Shown here: one piece after another, positions 20,380 through 29,218 of the stretch
How the letters are laid out: each line of letters opens with the position of its first letter
Position numbering within the stretch: position 1 is the stretch's first letter
IMG/VR virus record: IMGVR_UViG_3300032046_000005
Location: 51,633 to 115,632 of that record
Origin: a virus
Reading direction: 5' to 3' (one strand)
Length of the DNA: 64,000 bases
The notes under the pieces: generated by a model
The model's input: only the letters and a program-made list of their open reading frames with translations
Told to the model about the DNA's origin: nothing
Database searches by the model: none
Position numbers and translations under genes: made by a program

Positions 20380-20859
20380 TTAAATCAACTTCTTTATAGT
20401 ATATTGATTGTTGCATATTCCTAAATCCCAATCTTTTTTTGTGTGACAAGAATGACATAACCATTCATAATCTTCAATATTTCGTGTATAATTTCCTTTT
20501 GAATGATCAAAACTTAATTCTATTTTTCTTTCTTTTCTACATTTCATGCAATATATTGGTTTGGAATAATTGGTATTTAACCATATATGAATTGCTTTTT
20601 GTCCAGCATTATTTCCTTTCCATAAATAATGTTTTTCTCTTCCTAAAAACCCTTTTAATCCTTTATTCCAAGGTATTTTTCCTTTTAAATATTTTATTTT
20701 TTGAGATTCAGAAAGATTTCTTATTTTTATGTTAAAGCGTACTAACCAATTAAAAACAGTTGTAGGACTATTTACATTACATAAATGTGCTATTTCTACA
20801 GTTGAATTTTTTTTAATTATATACTGATCATATAACCAATTTTTATCTTTATAACTCAA
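20380..20859 (-). CDS. HNH-like endonuclease-related protein (HTH + NUMOD + Zn-HNH-like)
   Basis: YKDKNWLYDQY..EIA, IPWNKG, WKGNNAG..IHIWL..CMKC..YTRNIEDYEWLCHSCH. Confidence 0.65.
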   Translation of the reverse strand: MSYKDKNWLYDQYIIKKNSTVEIAHLCNVNSPTTVFNWLVRFNIKIRNLSESQKIKYLKGKIPWNKGLKGFLGREKHYLWKGNNAGQKAIHIWLNTNYSKPIYCMKCRKERKIELSFDHSKGNYTRNIEDYEWLCHSCHTKKDWDLGICNNQYTIKKLI

Positions 20860-21722
20860 TCTATTTCACTCCACTTTTCATATTCATTAGGAATTATCCA
20901 ATATTTAGGATTCACATCATTAGAAATCAAGATTTCATAATCAGAAATAAGTTTTTCGTGTAATTTTTCTCCTAATCGATTACCAATTATTTCGATAGGA
21001 TAATCTTTTCCCACTATTTCTTGAATAACATCTATTAGTTTTTGTTCTCTAAGTTTCGGAACCCATATTTCTCCATTTTTACCTTCTATAAATGCTTTCG
21101 TGATGAAATCAATCATTTCTTTAGGATACATGAAAAACCGTTCCATATCTATATTTGTAAGTAATATGGGTTCTTTTTTTTCTTTTTTTTCTTTAGCAAT
21201 TTGAACTATTGAACCTCTAGAACCATATATATTTCCTAGTCTCACACAAACCATTTGAATCAGAGGATCTTGACTCCATCTTACCTGTAGCAATCTTTCA
21301 CTTATTTTTTTTGAACATCCCATTAAGGATGAAGGTTCAATTGCCTTATCTGTACTAATATGTAATAATTTCTTGATTTTATGTTCAATAGAAGCAGTAA
21401 TAATGTTATCAAGTCCCATAATATTTACAGAAACTGCTTCCATAGGATTATATTCACAAAAGGGAACATGTTTGATTGCGGCACAATTTATTGCATAATT
21501 TACTCCTTTCAATGCTCTACGAACTCTTTCTAAGTTTCTTACATCACCCAACAAACACCGAATTCTGTTATTATTCCATTTTTGTTGACATTCCCATAAA
21601 GAATTTTCATCATTACTGAATACTCGTATTGAATATGGTTTTTGTTTTAATAGATATTCAACAATGAGAGAACCAATAGATCCTGTTCCTCCAAATACAC
21701 ATGTTGTCTTATCTTTAAACAT
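20856..21722 (-). CDS. UDP-GlcNAc 4,6-dehydratase family (PseB/CapD/FnlA-like SDR)
   Basis: GGTGSIG, GDVR, AAIKHVPFCEYNP, STDKA, SK, RLGNIYGSRGS, R.GEKLHE. Confidence 0.9.
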   Translation of the reverse strand: MFKDKTTCVFGGTGSIGSLIVEYLLKQKPYSIRVFSNDENSLWECQQKWNNNRIRCLLGDVRNLERVRRALKGVNYAINCAAIKHVPFCEYNPMEAVSVNIMGLDNIITASIEHKIKKLLHISTDKAIEPSSLMGCSKKISERLLQVRWSQDPLIQMVCVRLGNIYGSRGSIVQIAKEKKEKKEPILLTNIDMERFFMYPKEMIDFITKAFIEGKNGEIWVPKLREQKLIDVIQEIVGKDYPIEIIGNRLGEKLHEKLISDYEILISNDVNPKYWIIPNEYEKWSEID

Positions 21723-21735
21723 TTCTAAATCTTTT

Positions 21736-21978
21736 TCAATCGTCTTTTTTACCCATATCTTTTTTTTTAATATCAGTTATTTCTTTTAATCCAATTACTT
21801 TTTTTAAAAACAACCAAGAAACTGTAGCTTCGTGAATTTGAGAAGTGATTGACATTCCGGTAGTTTCTTTATAATTCTTTAATAAAGAATATATTTTCAA
21901 TGGAATTCGCAAACGAATGTATTTATTGTCTGGATTTATCTTCTTTCCTTTTATTCTTCTGCTTTTTTTGGATTGCAT
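21736..21978 (-). CDS. ribbon-helix-helix DNA-binding protein
   Basis: IRLRIPLKIYSLLKNYKETTGMSITSQI pattern; tandem paralog. Confidence 0.6.
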   Translation of the reverse strand: MQSKKSRRIKGKKINPDNKYIRLRIPLKIYSLLKNYKETTGMSITSQIHEATVSWLFLKKVIGLKEITDIKKKDMGKKDD

Positions 21979-22157
21979 TTTATTTCCTTATATTTTATTT
22001 TTTCATCTGTAAAATCTAAAAATCCAACATTTATTAGATATTCATTCAAACCCATTTGAATGATTGATGATATTGAAATACCACTAAATTTTTTATATTT
22101 TTGTAGTATTTTATATATATTAGTTGGAATTGAAACAATTATTCTTTTTTTCTTCAT
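21951..22157 (-). CDS. ribbon-helix-helix DNA-binding protein
   Basis: IIVSIPTNIYKILQKYKKFSGISISSIIQMGLNEYL. Confidence 0.65.
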   Translation of the reverse strand: MKKKRIIVSIPTNIYKILQKYKKFSGISISSIIQMGLNEYLINVGFLDFTDEKIKYKEIKCNPKKAEE

Positions 22158-22175
22158 TTTAAATCATTTATGAGT

Positions 22176-22637
22176 TTAAGTGTAAAAATCTAAACAAGGA
22201 TTTTTTATATCTATTTCTCGTTCATTATTAGGAGGTTTTACAATTTTTTCATATTCTTCAATTTCTTCTTCGGAAATATCTGAATCTTTGTTGTTTATTC
22301 CTTTTGCTAGGAGTTTGAGAAATAGTTCACACCAACTTTCAATTCCTTCCATAAATTTATACATGCCCATTTCATACATCTTTAACTTTTTTAGCACATA
22401 TAAACTAGTTACTCTAAAATTTTGCATACAATGAGCACGATCATCATTAGTACAAGTACTACAATCTAGATTACATTCAAAACAATCTTTAATTTCATTG
22501 TTTATGGCATCAAAGAAATCGAATTCTTGTTCAAAATCATTTTTTACTTTTGTCAATTCATCCATTTTTGCTATTATTTTATCAGTCAATTCTTGTTTCT
22601 TTTCATTACTTAAACGATTCCATTTTTTTCTTCCCAT
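22176..22637 (-). CDS. hypothetical protein with Cys cluster
   Basis: CFECNLDCSTC..C; coupled to neighbours. Confidence 0.5.
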   Translation of the reverse strand: MGRKKWNRLSNEKKQELTDKIIAKMDELTKVKNDFEQEFDFFDAINNEIKDCFECNLDCSTCTNDDRAHCMQNFRVTSLYVLKKLKMYEMGMYKFMEGIESWCELFLKLLAKGINNKDSDISEEEIEEYEKIVKPPNNEREIDIKNPCLDFYT

Positions 22638-22885
22638 CGTTGTTTACTCTCCTTTTCGTTAATAATCAAATGTTCGATATCAAAATTAAGTTGTCCTATA
22701 AGATTCCAGATTTCTATCATCGAACCAACAATATCATATAAAATTGGTTTGAGTTCTATCATTGAAAGTTTGGGAGTTTCTTCAAGAAATTTCAGATTAG
22801 TCTCTAAAGCATTCTTTACTTCTTCTATGAGATCTTTCCTTTTTTCAATTTTTTCTGAATATTCTTCAATTTTTTTTTCCAACAT
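22610..22885 (-). CDS. hypothetical coiled-coil protein
   Basis: ORF track; overlaps neighbours in operon style. Confidence 0.5.
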   Translation of the reverse strand: MLEKKIEEYSEKIEKRKDLIEEVKNALETNLKFLEETPKLSMIELKPILYDIVGSMIEIWNLIGQLNFDIEHLIINEKESKQRWEEKNGIV

Positions 22886-23234
22886 TTTTCATGATCTCCT
22901 TATTAATTTTCCAAAACCGATTGCTGTATTTACTAATGTATTTATTTGTTTCAAATTCACGAAAACAATGGTTTAATTGCTTTCCTAAGCGTTTTTGAAA
23001 AGGACTATATTCAGATTCAGTAAATAAATATCTTTCAGGAACATTGAATATATCAACAATGATTTTATCTCTCAATTGTCGCAATGAAAAATATTTGTTA
23101 AAGTGATCTGAAAGCAAAATTCTTGTTGCTAATACTTTCACATCGTCTAAATTTAAGTTTGATTTATTTATTTTTTCGCTATTATACAATGAAATTTTTA
23201 TACATCTCTTCATATGATTTTTTTTCTTTATCAT
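22866..23234 (-). CDS. hypothetical protein, possibly winged-helix
   Basis: Helical pattern ending in a YISKYSNRFWKI beta hairpin. Confidence 0.45.
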   Translation of the reverse strand: MIKKKNHMKRCIKISLYNSEKINKSNLNLDDVKVLATRILLSDHFNKYFSLRQLRDKIIVDIFNVPERYLFTESEYSPFQKRLGKQLNHCFREFETNKYISKYSNRFWKINKEIMKNVGKKN

Positions 23235-23478
23235 TCACATAATATGGAACATGTGTTGTTTCATTTGATTGTTCAAAAGTAATGACCATCAACCAACCGT
23301 TTTTATAATTCTTGAATTCGACTTCCTTTATTTTATTTTCAATATAAGGAAAAAAACATTCAAAAAAATATGGTTCTGGAAATGTTCCTATGATTGTAAA
23401 TCCATGATGCCACATTATTGACAACCAATTTTTCAAATTTTCCATATTTTTTTTCATATTTTTTCTGATAATTATCAT
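23182..23478 (-). CDS. hypothetical protein (weak similarity to part of TerL)
   Basis: ORF track; see findings. Confidence 0.45.
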   Translation of the reverse strand: MIIIRKNMKKNMENLKNWLSIMWHHGFTIIGTFPEPYFFECFFPYIENKIKEVEFKNYKNGWLMVITFEQSNETTHVPYYVNDKEKKSYEEMYKNFIV

Positions 23479-23507
23479 AGAATTATGATAGTTTTATAGT
23501 TCATTGT

Positions 23508-25445
23508 TTATTTTTTGACTTTTTTATCAAAATCTTTTCGTTGATACATATAACTTGGACTATTTTCTATTTGTTTTTGTAATCGTTCGCTTCGTTCTCG
23601 TAATCTATCCATCGTTTCGTTCCATTCGTCCATTCTTTCTTTAAAAAAGTTTTTGTTATGCATCATGATTTCCATAAATCGTTGATTTTCTAACGATTCT
23701 TGTATCCAATCAATGTTATCAAAATCTTGTATTCCTTTCACTGGTTTATTTCTAACAGCTTTTTCTGGTTTGCCCGTTCTCACGGTTTTTGTTCGTTCAG
23801 GAGTGATTTTTTGATCTTCATTTACTTTTTTTTCTACTTTTTCTCCTTTTCCTTGTCCTTGTTCATTACCTTGTCCTTGTGGTGGCAATAACAACTGTGG
23901 ATTTTTCTTGAATTGTTCGAATTGCATCATAGCTTGCTCGTATTGCATGCCCATTAATTTCTTTTGAATTTTGACCATTTTTGTTTGAACTTTTGCTTGT
24001 TCTAGTTGTTCTCGCATTAATTGTTCAGTTAATCGTTGCTGTTCGGTTTTATGCAAGTCCAAGTTCCAACGCAATGTCACATTACCTAAGTCTGGAAAAT
24101 GACACATGTTCTGCAAAATATCCATTATGTCATCCGTTATGTCCATTTGTAATGTAGACAGGTTTGAAGCCAAGTAATCTTCTTTTGAAACTAACGCACC
24201 TGCGCCTTCAAGACCCCCACCTTCCGCTCTTCCAAATAATTGGTTCTTAGGTATGATCCAAGCACTCGAAATGTCTTCTCTCAAGAATTCGAGATATGAA
24301 TCAATACCTTCTCCAATCTTGCCTGCCGCATTCATGAGTTTAAAATCCATGTTCTTTCCAAATATATAGAACTTGTTTGCTCTCATTTTAGCAAATAAAT
24401 CGAGATATTTCTGAGTCAATTCAGCAGAAGGATATTCTTGAGCTACAGTTGCTCCCACTAATACTGTTCCAAGTTGAGATAATGATCGTAATATGTAATA
24501 ACAAGTATTTAGATAACAGATTAACGGAATCCAACACAATTCCGGTATTGCAATACCTCTCAAACCTCCTTCTACTTTTCTTGTTTCTAAAACATGAACT
24601 CTTGAATGATGTATGGTCGTTTGAGTAGGCACTCCACCAATATAATCCCATTTCGATTTGTCATAATCTAATCTTGCGTTATCAAAAATGTTCATTGGAG
24701 TCATATAATAACAACTAAACGCATCAAAATCAATTGGTCTGGTTCTAGGAGCAGATTTATCCATTCTCTCTACTCCTTTTTCTCCTCTATAATATCCAAT
24801 CAAATGTCCTAATCCGGTCATTCGTTCGAAATAAACCGTATCAGTTATGTGATCCCATAAATGTGTCTGATTCATCCATTTCAAAATAGTCATTATTTCA
24901 GGAGTTTTGATTTCTTTATCAGGATCATCATAATTCACGAAAGAAAAACGATTTCTAAACGCATCCTTCGCTACTGAATAACAACCTCTATGTGCAACTC
25001 CCAATCGTTGAGTACACATTACCACGAGATGAGAAACGGGAATTCTTCCATAGTCGTAAACATAATCTCCTCCTCCTGGAGTTCCGTAAAAATCGTCAAG
25101 AGGAGTATAATAAGATTGAAAGTCTGATGTAATGCTTTCAAATTTTTCTTTAATTCCATCTCCTAACGGAATCCGGTAATCTTTTCCATAACCTTGAGGA
25201 ATTCCTAAAAACTTGTAAAAATCTTTAGTTAATCCCCATTCGTCCGTTTTTTCGTTTTCTTGTTTAAGTTTGCTTTTAATAAGTGCTTCGTCTAAAACTT
25301 CAATGTAGTCTCGTGGTTTCTTGATTTCATCTGAAAAACCGTATTCTTTCGCAACTTTATCGTGTCGCTTTTTTACATCAGAAGAAGTGAATCCGCCTAG
25401 TTTAGATTGAAATCCTTTCGAACCTTTTTTACTTATACCTGTCAT
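23508..25445 (-). CDS. portal protein (DUF1073-like)
   Basis: ERMTGLG, IHHSRV, G...PE, SAWIIPKNQLFG..GG, C-terminal coiled coil; lies downstream of the terminase on the same strand. Confidence 0.75.
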   Translation of the reverse strand: MTGISKKGSKGFQSKLGGFTSSDVKKRHDKVAKEYGFSDEIKKPRDYIEVLDEALIKSKLKQENEKTDEWGLTKDFYKFLGIPQGYGKDYRIPLGDGIKEKFESITSDFQSYYTPLDDFYGTPGGGDYVYDYGRIPVSHLVVMCTQRLGVAHRGCYSVAKDAFRNRFSFVNYDDPDKEIKTPEIMTILKWMNQTHLWDHITDTVYFERMTGLGHLIGYYRGEKGVERMDKSAPRTRPIDFDAFSCYYMTPMNIFDNARLDYDKSKWDYIGGVPTQTTIHHSRVHVLETRKVEGGLRGIAIPELCWIPLICYLNTCYYILRSLSQLGTVLVGATVAQEYPSAELTQKYLDLFAKMRANKFYIFGKNMDFKLMNAAGKIGEGIDSYLEFLREDISSAWIIPKNQLFGRAEGGGLEGAGALVSKEDYLASNLSTLQMDITDDIMDILQNMCHFPDLGNVTLRWNLDLHKTEQQRLTEQLMREQLEQAKVQTKMVKIQKKLMGMQYEQAMMQFEQFKKNPQLLLPPQGQGNEQGQGKGEKVEKKVNEDQKITPERTKTVRTGKPEKAVRNKPVKGIQDFDNIDWIQESLENQRFMEIMMHNKNFFKERMDEWNETMDRLRERSERLQKQIENSPSYMYQRKDFDKKVKK

Positions 25446-25748
25446 TTATGATACTTTTAATTGATAATTATTAAACAGATTATCCCACGATTTGGTGTCT
25501 TTAAAATTTGCTACTATTTTAGCACATAAATGAAATGGTTTTATCACTTCAGTTGAAAACGTATCATTAAATTCATAATCTAATATGACTCCATATTCAT
25601 CTTTGTTCAAATTTCTTTCTTCAATAGGTATGATTGATATTTTAAACGAATCTAAAATCTGTTTTTCTATTATCTTTTTCATGTGTTCTATAATAGCTTT
25701 AAAACTTGGACTTTCTTTTTCTAGTAATTTTTCATTTGCATTATTCAT
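25446..25748 (-). CDS. small protein, paralog of 39412..39732, with an MCP-like segment
   Basis: PSFKAII..IE..ILDSF.ISI.P...DY.FN...PFHLCAKI shared with 39412 ORF. Confidence 0.65.
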   Translation of the reverse strand: MNNANEKLLEKESPSFKAIIEHMKKIIEKQILDSFKISIIPIEERNLNKDEYGVILDYEFNDTFSTEVIKPFHLCAKIVANFKDTKSWDNLFNNYQLKVS

Positions 25749-25945
25749 AATCTTTCTTTATCTCTTTGTTCATATACATAAAATGCTAATTTTTTCTCAA
25801 AATCTAAAACATCTTCATCAAGTTGATGCAAGAATGTTGGATCATATTGAATATCATCAAAACATATTCCATCAATAATATGGTGATGTTTTTGAGTTTT
25901 AATAGACATTTTACACGTATTAGTATTTTTTAGTATGTTAATCAA
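25745..25945 (-). CDS. hypothetical protein
   Basis: ORF track; overlaps the next start (ATGA). Confidence 0.4.
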   Translation of the reverse strand: MINILKNTNTCKMSIKTQKHHHIIDGICFDDIQYDPTFLHQLDEDVLDFEKKLAFYVYEQRDKERL

Positions 25946-26030
25946 AAATCATACTAAATCTAAATAATTCATTGTTTCAAAAAAGTTAAATAATATGAAA
26001 AATTATACAATATAAAAGTAAGGCAAAAAA

Positions 26031-26231
26031 ATGTGGTTTAAAAACAAAAAAAGAATAGATAATTTAGGAAAAAAATGTTTAGAATGCGATGGATATTTAA
26101 AAATTAAAGAAACTGTTTACTCTGAATCAAGATATAAATTTTTTGTGGGATTAGAATGTAAGAAATGCAAAAAACAATACTATGTTGAATTAATTAGTCC
26201 TGCAAAAATGCCATATAAAAAAATAGAATAA
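26031..26231 (+). CDS. Zn-ribbon protein
   Basis: CLECDG...CKKC. Confidence 0.55.
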   Translation: MWFKNKKRIDNLGKKCLECDGYLKIKETVYSESRYKFFVGLECKKCKKQYYVELISPAKMPYKKIE

Positions 26232-26243
26232 AAAAGTAAAAAA

Positions 26244-26411
26244 TTAATAACAAGGACAATCAGGATAAGGATAATCTCCATTTCCGCATTCATCCCAAGC
26301 ATCATTACAACATTTCTTAGAACAATAATAATCGCATCCATAACCTGCTGACCAAGTATGCTTTTCAACATTGTAAATTTTTCCACAATGATCGCATTTA
26401 TCTTTAGTCAT
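26244..26411 (-). CDS. Cys-rich microprotein (MTKDKCDHCGK...YYCSKKC...), TRASH/MYM-like finger
   Basis: Manual translation, 55 aa; ATG about 23 nt downstream of the TATA box at 26434-26446; replaces the ORF-track frame 26180..26386. Confidence 0.65.
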   Translation of the reverse strand: MTKDKCDHCGKIYNVEKHTWSAGYGCDYYCSKKCCNDAWDECGNGDYPYPDCPCY

Positions 26412-26487
26412 AAATAATATATATGATTATAAGTATTTAAAGTTTTCTAAAAAAATAAGAAAAAAAAGAATTGTTTAATTTAGTTTT

Positions 26488-26919
26488 TTAACTTATATAA
26501 ATCATATAATTATTTCTGTTGTTTTTTCCTGTTTTTAAATTATTTATATGGTTTATTTTTTTCAATATTCTTTCAAAATCATAATCCATAAAAACTTCAA
26601 TATATTCTAAATTTTTTTCACGATCTTTTGAATCTCTATAATCATCTCCATAACTTAAATGAAGATCTTTACCAATTTCAAATTTAAAATAATCAAGAAG
26701 TTCTTTAAAATTTTTAATTTTTTTTTCATTTATTTTTTTTGATTCTTGTTCATTTTCTTTTTTCTTAGACTTTGTAGCAGAAAGAATCTTTCCTGCTTGT
26801 TCATCTGCTTCTTTTTTACCAATTCCTTTTTCTTTTTGCAATCGAGAAGAGATTTCATCAAATGCAGTATCACTTTTCAAATTTCCTATATATTTTACTT
26901 TGACTTTTTTTTCTGACAC
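26488..26919 (-). CDS. hypothetical basic protein
   Basis: ORF track, natural K/E composition. Confidence 0.5.
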   Translation of the reverse strand: MSEKKVKVKYIGNLKSDTAFDEISSRLQKEKGIGKKEADEQAGKILSATKSKKKENEQESKKINEKKIKNFKELLDYFKFEIGKDLHLSYGDDYRDSKDREKNLEYIEVFMDYDFERILKKINHINNLKTGKNNRNNYMIYIS

Positions 26920-26944
26920 AATTAGTATATATTTTTACTCATAT

Positions 26945-27214
26945 TTAAATCTTTTCTTTTTCTAGTTTTCTTGTTTCATTGTCAATTCCATTGAAAGTTT
27001 CAACAGATAAAGGTTTAATTCCTTTTATGTTTTGTTTCAATTTGATCGTTTTCCATTTCTTTTCTTTTTTCCTTTTTGCCGTTTCGAACAAATTATCGGA
27101 ATGTTTTTTGGCAATATTGTCAACAGGACAATATCTTAACGTGTTGGGATATTCGTTTTCACACTTGAAACAAGTCCAAGTGTGCGATTTTTCGGGTTTT
27201 TTATCTAATATCAT
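26945..27214 (-). CDS. RanBP2-like Zn-finger protein
   Basis: WTCFKCENEYPNTLRYCP. Confidence 0.5.
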   Translation of the reverse strand: MILDKKPEKSHTWTCFKCENEYPNTLRYCPVDNIAKKHSDNLFETAKRKKEKKWKTIKLKQNIKGIKPLSVETFNGIDNETRKLEKEKI

Positions 27215-27551
27215 GTCATAACAATATTTTTATGTTTATCTATGTATTGATTTATTGTTTTTTTTAACTAATAATTTCATTATTTTATTGATTTTAGAAT
27301 GTTCATTTTTAAATGATTTTAAAATACATGTAAAAATCATATCAATAAGTTTATATATTTTAGTTAACTTTATATAATCATGACTTTAAAAAAGGACATT
27401 AGGAAGTGGATAATTCTAGATAATTTCACGAGACTTATTCTATGAAGATATTTAAAAATGCAATTTCATTGTGAATCTTTACAATATGGAGCCTAACCTT
27501 AATTGAAAAGTCTAAAATTTAATTTAAAATGAGATGATATATATTAAAAAA

Positions 27552-27700
27552 GCAGAGGTGGTAGAGTGGACGAATACGCCAGACTTAAGATGTATATATC
27601 GGTTATGGGCGACACTAAGGACGAAACTCAAGTCCACCTTTAGTATCGTGAGAAATCTGGTACACAGGACACATCGCAGGTTCAAATCCTGCCCTCTGCA
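27552..27700 (+). tRNA. tRNA-Leu(TAA) with 65-nt canonical 37/38 intron (27590-27654)
   Basis: Acceptor GCAGAGG/CCTCTGC+A; anticodon stem CCAGA/TCTGG; T-arm GCAGG-TTCAAAT-CCTGC; BHB central helix CTTA/TGAG with bulges AG^A and AA^A; the long variable arm pairs poorly. Confidence 0.85.
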
Positions 27701-27710
27701 TGTTAATATT

Positions 27711-27858
27711 GGTAGAGTGTCAGAATGGTTAATGGGCTCGACTGGAAGTTTCGAATCGAAATTCTGAGAGAATCGAATTTCCGAGAACGCTATTCCCGAG
27801 AGTTGAAATCGAGTTGTCCCTTAAATGTGGATTGGAGGTTCAAGTCCTCCCTCTACCG
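27711..27858 (+). tRNA. tRNA-Ser(TGA) with 60-nt non-canonical 32/33 intron (27743-27802)
   Basis: Acceptor GGTAGAG/CTCTACC+G; stem CTCGA/TCGAG; T-arm GGAGG-TTCAAGT-CCTCC; long variable arm; BHB CTCG/CGAG with bulges AC^T and AG^T and inner helix GGAA/TTCC. Confidence 0.85.
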
Positions 27859-27867
27859 TTTTTTTTT
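27859..27867 (+). terminator. oligo-T terminator of the tRNA pair
   Basis: T9 run directly after the tRNA-Ser discriminator base. Confidence 0.6.
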
Positions 27868-27912
27868 GTTTGAACAAATAAATTCAAATATTAAATAAGA
27901 TTATTAATATAT

Positions 27913-28242
27913 ATGAAAAGTCTAAAATTTACATTATTAAAAGAAAAATTAATTTCAGGAGAAAAAGATCAAACGTTCCGATGTTTGTTTGTGCCTAATT
28001 ACGATGTTGGAGAAGTAATTAACATAAAATTTCAAGATGAAATTTTGTATCAAGCAATTATAAAAGAAATATATCCCAAACAGATAAAGGATTTGTCTTT
28101 TGAAGAAGCAAAACGAGATGGTTTTGATTCAATACAAGAAATGCAAGATAAAGTAATGGAATTGAACAAAGTAAAAAACTTGAATCGGTGGGGATTTGTA
28201 ATACAATTTAAAAAAATACTTAGTATTGATACTTTTTTATGA
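27913..28242 (+). CDS. ASCH (PUA-like) domain protein
   Basis: LISGEKDQTFR, VGE, EEAKRDGF. Confidence 0.8.
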   Translation: MKSLKFTLLKEKLISGEKDQTFRCLFVPNYDVGEVINIKFQDEILYQAIIKEIYPKQIKDLSFEEAKRDGFDSIQEMQDKVMELNKVKNLNRWGFVIQFKKILSIDTFL

Positions 28243-28417
28243 AAAACAATATATTTAAATATTATGAATTATATATACTTATCATGATAAAAGAAAAATT
28301 ATTGTTAAATTTAGCAGAATTAAATAGAGCATTGATTTTTCACAAAAACGAATTCAAGAAAAATGAAATCAATTTCTTGAACTTGAAAAAAGAAAAAATA
28401 AAGAAGATGATAATCAA

Positions 28418-28690
28418 ATGAACGAAGAAAAAAAGCCTGGAAAAAAACCTGGATTCAAGAAAAAAGCTTCTGTTCTCTTGAACATGGAAAGAGAAGAGTT
28501 AGAAGCTCTTGATAACATGATTCAAAAACAAAACTTTGAATCATTGTATAAACTGAAAAATGACAAAGAATTTCCAACATTATCAAAAGCAAAAGCTAAG
28601 AAAAAAATTTCTGGATTGTTAATAAACAGAAACAAGCGAATCCGAAACTTAATTATAGATGAAACAAACAAGTTTTCAGTAAAAAAATAA
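28418..28690 (+). CDS. hypothetical, possibly RHH-like regulator
   Basis: SVLLNMEREELEALD...NRNKRIRNLI. Confidence 0.45.
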   Translation: MNEEKKPGKKPGFKKKASVLLNMEREELEALDNMIQKQNFESLYKLKNDKEFPTLSKAKAKKKISGLLINRNKRIRNLIIDETNKFSVKK

Positions 28691-28700
28691 GGTATGAAAA

Positions 28701-28913
28701 ATGACAAACGAAAAGAAAACCATAATTACAAATCCTTTTAAAATATTGATTGACAACATGCATAAAACCATACTTGATATTGTAAAAATATTAGAAAAAA
28801 TGCCTGAAATGTTGTTAGAATCAGTTAAGAACAACAAGGATTATGTAATTGCAAGAATAAACAAGAAAATGATCGAATATCGAAACTTAAAAAAATTCGT
28901 CAAGACATTGTGA
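28701..28913 (+). CDS. hypothetical protein
   Basis: ORF track; AAGGT RBS. Confidence 0.45.
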   Translation: MTNEKKTIITNPFKILIDNMHKTILDIVKILEKMPEMLLESVKNNKDYVIARINKKMIEYRNLKKFVKTL

Positions 28914-29215
28914 TCGATCTCATAAAATCGTTAAAAACGCTACAAATCAACGATCAAGATTTAGAAAAAAAACTAAATCAATTAAATAATTTTTTATTTT
29001 CTACTTTTGAAATCATCGATAATACGATTAAAAACGTTGATTTAAAGTTTGCAAAAACAATTCAAAAAATCGACAATTTATTTTTTCAACTTAACATGAT
29101 CGAAAATAAATATCAAAATAAAAAACAAATATTACAAAAACAAACTATTTTACAAAAAGAATTGCTTGATTTATTAGAGAAAAGCATTCAAAAAAGAGAA
29201 AAAAAAGCTATTTAA
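28910..29215 (+). CDS. hypothetical coiled-coil protein
   Basis: ORF track; GTGA overlap with the previous gene. Confidence 0.45.
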   Translation: MIDLIKSLKTLQINDQDLEKKLNQLNNFLFSTFEIIDNTIKNVDLKFAKTIQKIDNLFFQLNMIENKYQNKKQILQKQTILQKELLDLLEKSIQKREKKAI

Positions 29216-29218
29216 GAT

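Noticed and set aside
23508-25445. Anti-CBASS Acb1 label often given to DUF1073-like proteins
   Set aside because: No paired HxT/S 2H-phosphoesterase motifs recognised; size and context fit a portal
26180-26386. Holin-like membrane ORF in the track
   Set aside because: The alternative frame 26244..26411 starts at the canonical distance from a TATA box and encodes a coherent Cys finger
27534-27767. 77-aa ORF
   Set aside because: Overlaps both tRNA genes
27711-27858. tRNA-Ser(GGA) with canonical 37/38 intron, or a group I intron
   Set aside because: The canonical register gives no BHB central helix, and 60 nt is too short for a group I intron; the 32/33 BHB fits well
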